Assembly: GCA_012026655.1 (NCBI GenBank)
Contig: JAAILG010000310.1
Coordinates: 1 to 64,000, forward strand
Direction: 5' to 3'
Length of the DNA stretch: 64,000 nt
Source of the DNA: Hydrolagus affinis
Taxonomy: Eukaryota
This document shows positions 61,893 to 64,000 of this stretch, piece after piece. The notes beneath the pieces are model-generated. The model was not told where the DNA came from. It searched no databases and saw only the letters and a program-made list of their open reading frames with translations. Each line of letters begins with the position of its first letter. The stretch's first letter is position 1. A program made the position numbers and the translations under genes.

Positions 61893-63384
61893 TATATAGG
61901 GATTCCGATTCTATGCTGTGGAAGGTTAGGTAGGGGAGACAGAGGGGGACAGAGAGGGAATGTTTCACTCCAGGATACGCTGTATAAAGCATAAGGCACT
62001 CCCAGGGCCTCTTCTGTTTCAATGCCTTTTCTATCACTGTCAAATACTGTACCTTGGCCACACGGTTCTGCACATCTTCACACAAGCAAAACGCTTAGAT
62101 AAAGGCACGAGGAAGGTTGGGAGGGACTCACACATGAGGCTGCTTCAGAAGGGAACATTTCAACTGGCGAGATATCCCGGTAATCATACTTGGCTCTGTG
62201 ATAATCTTGCAATAGTTTTGTACGTTTCAAGGAATCTTTCTCTGAGAGATTTTAATTTTGAATTTCGATTTAAACTCTGTGTGTGAGCTGGCGGAATTCC
62301 CACATCTCAGCAGATCTGACCACTCAATAAAAGTGCAATGGCAACCCGATGGACGGAGTCCTGCAAGGTGGAATGTTCCCATCCCCTGAAGAAGGATTGT
62401 GTGGGTGTGCAGGCAATTAATGGAATAGTGACGGGAAAATAACAAAACATAAAGGCTTCGAGTTAAAAAGCCCACTCAGTCAATTAAAACATTGAGGCTG
62501 AAGAAAGCCTCTCAAACGACTGATACGAGTCATTTATCAAACCAAAAGGATGTGTTTATCATTAGCGTTCCGTAATAATAAATTACTACGTCAACAGCCA
62601 GCGTGTCAGTGTCGTGTGGAATGTCTTCATCTTTGGGAAGTTGAAGGAACCGATGGTACAGGTGGCTAGCAAAGTGAATGCAGCGGGTTATCAAACACAT
62701 ATGGGATAATAAATGACTAGGAGTGCACTAAGCTCGAGCGGTTTATGAACGCCAGCAGAACCCTGCGATTGAAATACTGCCTGAAAGTCACTGCCAGACA
62801 TTTATTATTCCATTTAATATATACCTTTTAATGATATATGGCAGACTCACTGTGCAGGGAGGAGATAGCCTGATAGCATATAGAGAGAGCAGAGTAATAA
62901 AGATGATCATTATGGAGGTGCTGACAATATATTGACATCACGTGGCTAATATGATGTAGAAACAATTTTGTTCTCACTGGCAGATTACAGGGAAATAATA
63001 CCATAATTATTTCACATTAACGCACATACCCCAGTATTTCTATGTTACTCAGTTGAAGGATAGCTGTTAACAATTTCTCAATCGTATGGCAAGACTATTC
63101 CCGACTAAAAGGTGATTGTTCATTGCTTAAATGGATTGTATGGAGGGAGGGCGCAAGAAAGAGAAATAGTATGTTATTGCTTGAACATGTGTCTACAGAT
63201 GACTAACTGATCTACTGAGAGGTATGACCCATCTTAATGTGAAGAAACTTGGAAACAGCTGCTTCCACCACTTTGGCTTGAAGTTCCAGATTCTACCCAT
63301 CATAGACTATGTTCTCAGTCGGCGAATAACTCTTAATTTTAGTAACAGTACCAGCCAACCAGACCAGCCTTTCTTTATTAATAG

Positions 63385-63531
63385 TAATAATTCCCTCCCA
63401 ACTCTCTCCCTCCCCTCCCGAGGCAACTCTTTCCCTTCTGCCCATTCGCAACTCTGTCCCTCCCCTCCCTCCTGACTGTTCAGCGCCTTGGGACGTCCTC
63501 CTGAAATTAAATGTAATTTTGTTGTTGTTGT
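63385..63531 (+). mobile_element. L2 3' end
   Basis: C-rich UTR, then CAGCGCCTTGGGACGTCCTCCTG..ATGTAATTTT(GTT)n. Confidence 0.8.
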
Positions 63532-63655
63532 TAATAATAATCCTTGCATTTGATATAGCGGCTTATCACGTCTTTGAGACATCTCAAAGTACTTCACAGA
63601 ATATACTGTAAAGTTAATGTACTATTAATGTTACTGTACATTTTGTGGGCAAAAT
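63532..63655 (-). mobile_element. tRNA-SINE 3' fragment abutting the L2 tail
   Basis: TAATAATAATCCTTGCATTTGATATAGCG..CTTCACAGAATATACTGTAAAG. Confidence 0.85.
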
Positions 63656-64000
63656 GTCATGTAGAATCAAAAGGGTAAAGTTTGGGGCTGCATTTCTCAG
63701 AAATCTTTCCTGATACCTCTATTATGCAGACAAGGCTTTATTTAGTGACAACCTGGCAACATTAGAAAACTGTGTAAGTGTATGAAAAAAACATTTGTCT
63801 ATCAACACAATGTGTGTTGTTTGTAAAAACTACTTGAAATTAGCCATAAGCCATAATTACCTTTAGTATAATATGGTTTTTATGAATAATTATTACGGTA
63901 CAATTCATTACTATATTGAGTAAGAAGAATTAATTTGGATTAAGAAGTGAATGTAATCCAAGAAATCTGGGAGAAAGACTCCACGTTTTTTGGAAATAGC

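Noticed and set aside
3718-63531. Recurrent ~36-bp hairpin repeat as a CRISPR- or attC-like array
   Set aside because: Dispersed at kb distances on both strands with microsatellite tails; these are LINE/SINE 3' ends in eukaryotic DNA

Overview
AT-rich vertebrate nuclear DNA. The repeat content suggests a holocephalan cartilaginous fish (Callorhinchus milii or a relative); this is an inference from recalled repeat families, not a database result. No intact protein-coding gene, tRNA, rRNA or CRISPR array is supported, and the ORF track is essentially noise plus LINE fragments. The first ~7.7 kb looks like the 3' end of an unidentified + strand gene: a repeat-free, AU-rich UTR-like tract ending in AATAAA plus a GT-rich element. 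The remaining ~56 kb is intergenic or intronic, with repeat-poor, TF-motif-rich blocks that resemble conserved non-coding elements. These blocks alternate with a tRNA-derived SINE (~20 copies or fragments), L2 LINE 3' ends, CR1 fragments, Deu-domain SINE relics, a hAT end and old palindromic elements. I found no clearly new biological system. The best leads are a shared SINE/L2 3' hairpin with compensatory changes, hairpin-only L2 insertions, a three-armed palindrome cluster, an unnamed ancient repeat present twice, and a few candidate exons. Coordinates were read by eye and repeat boundaries are approximate.
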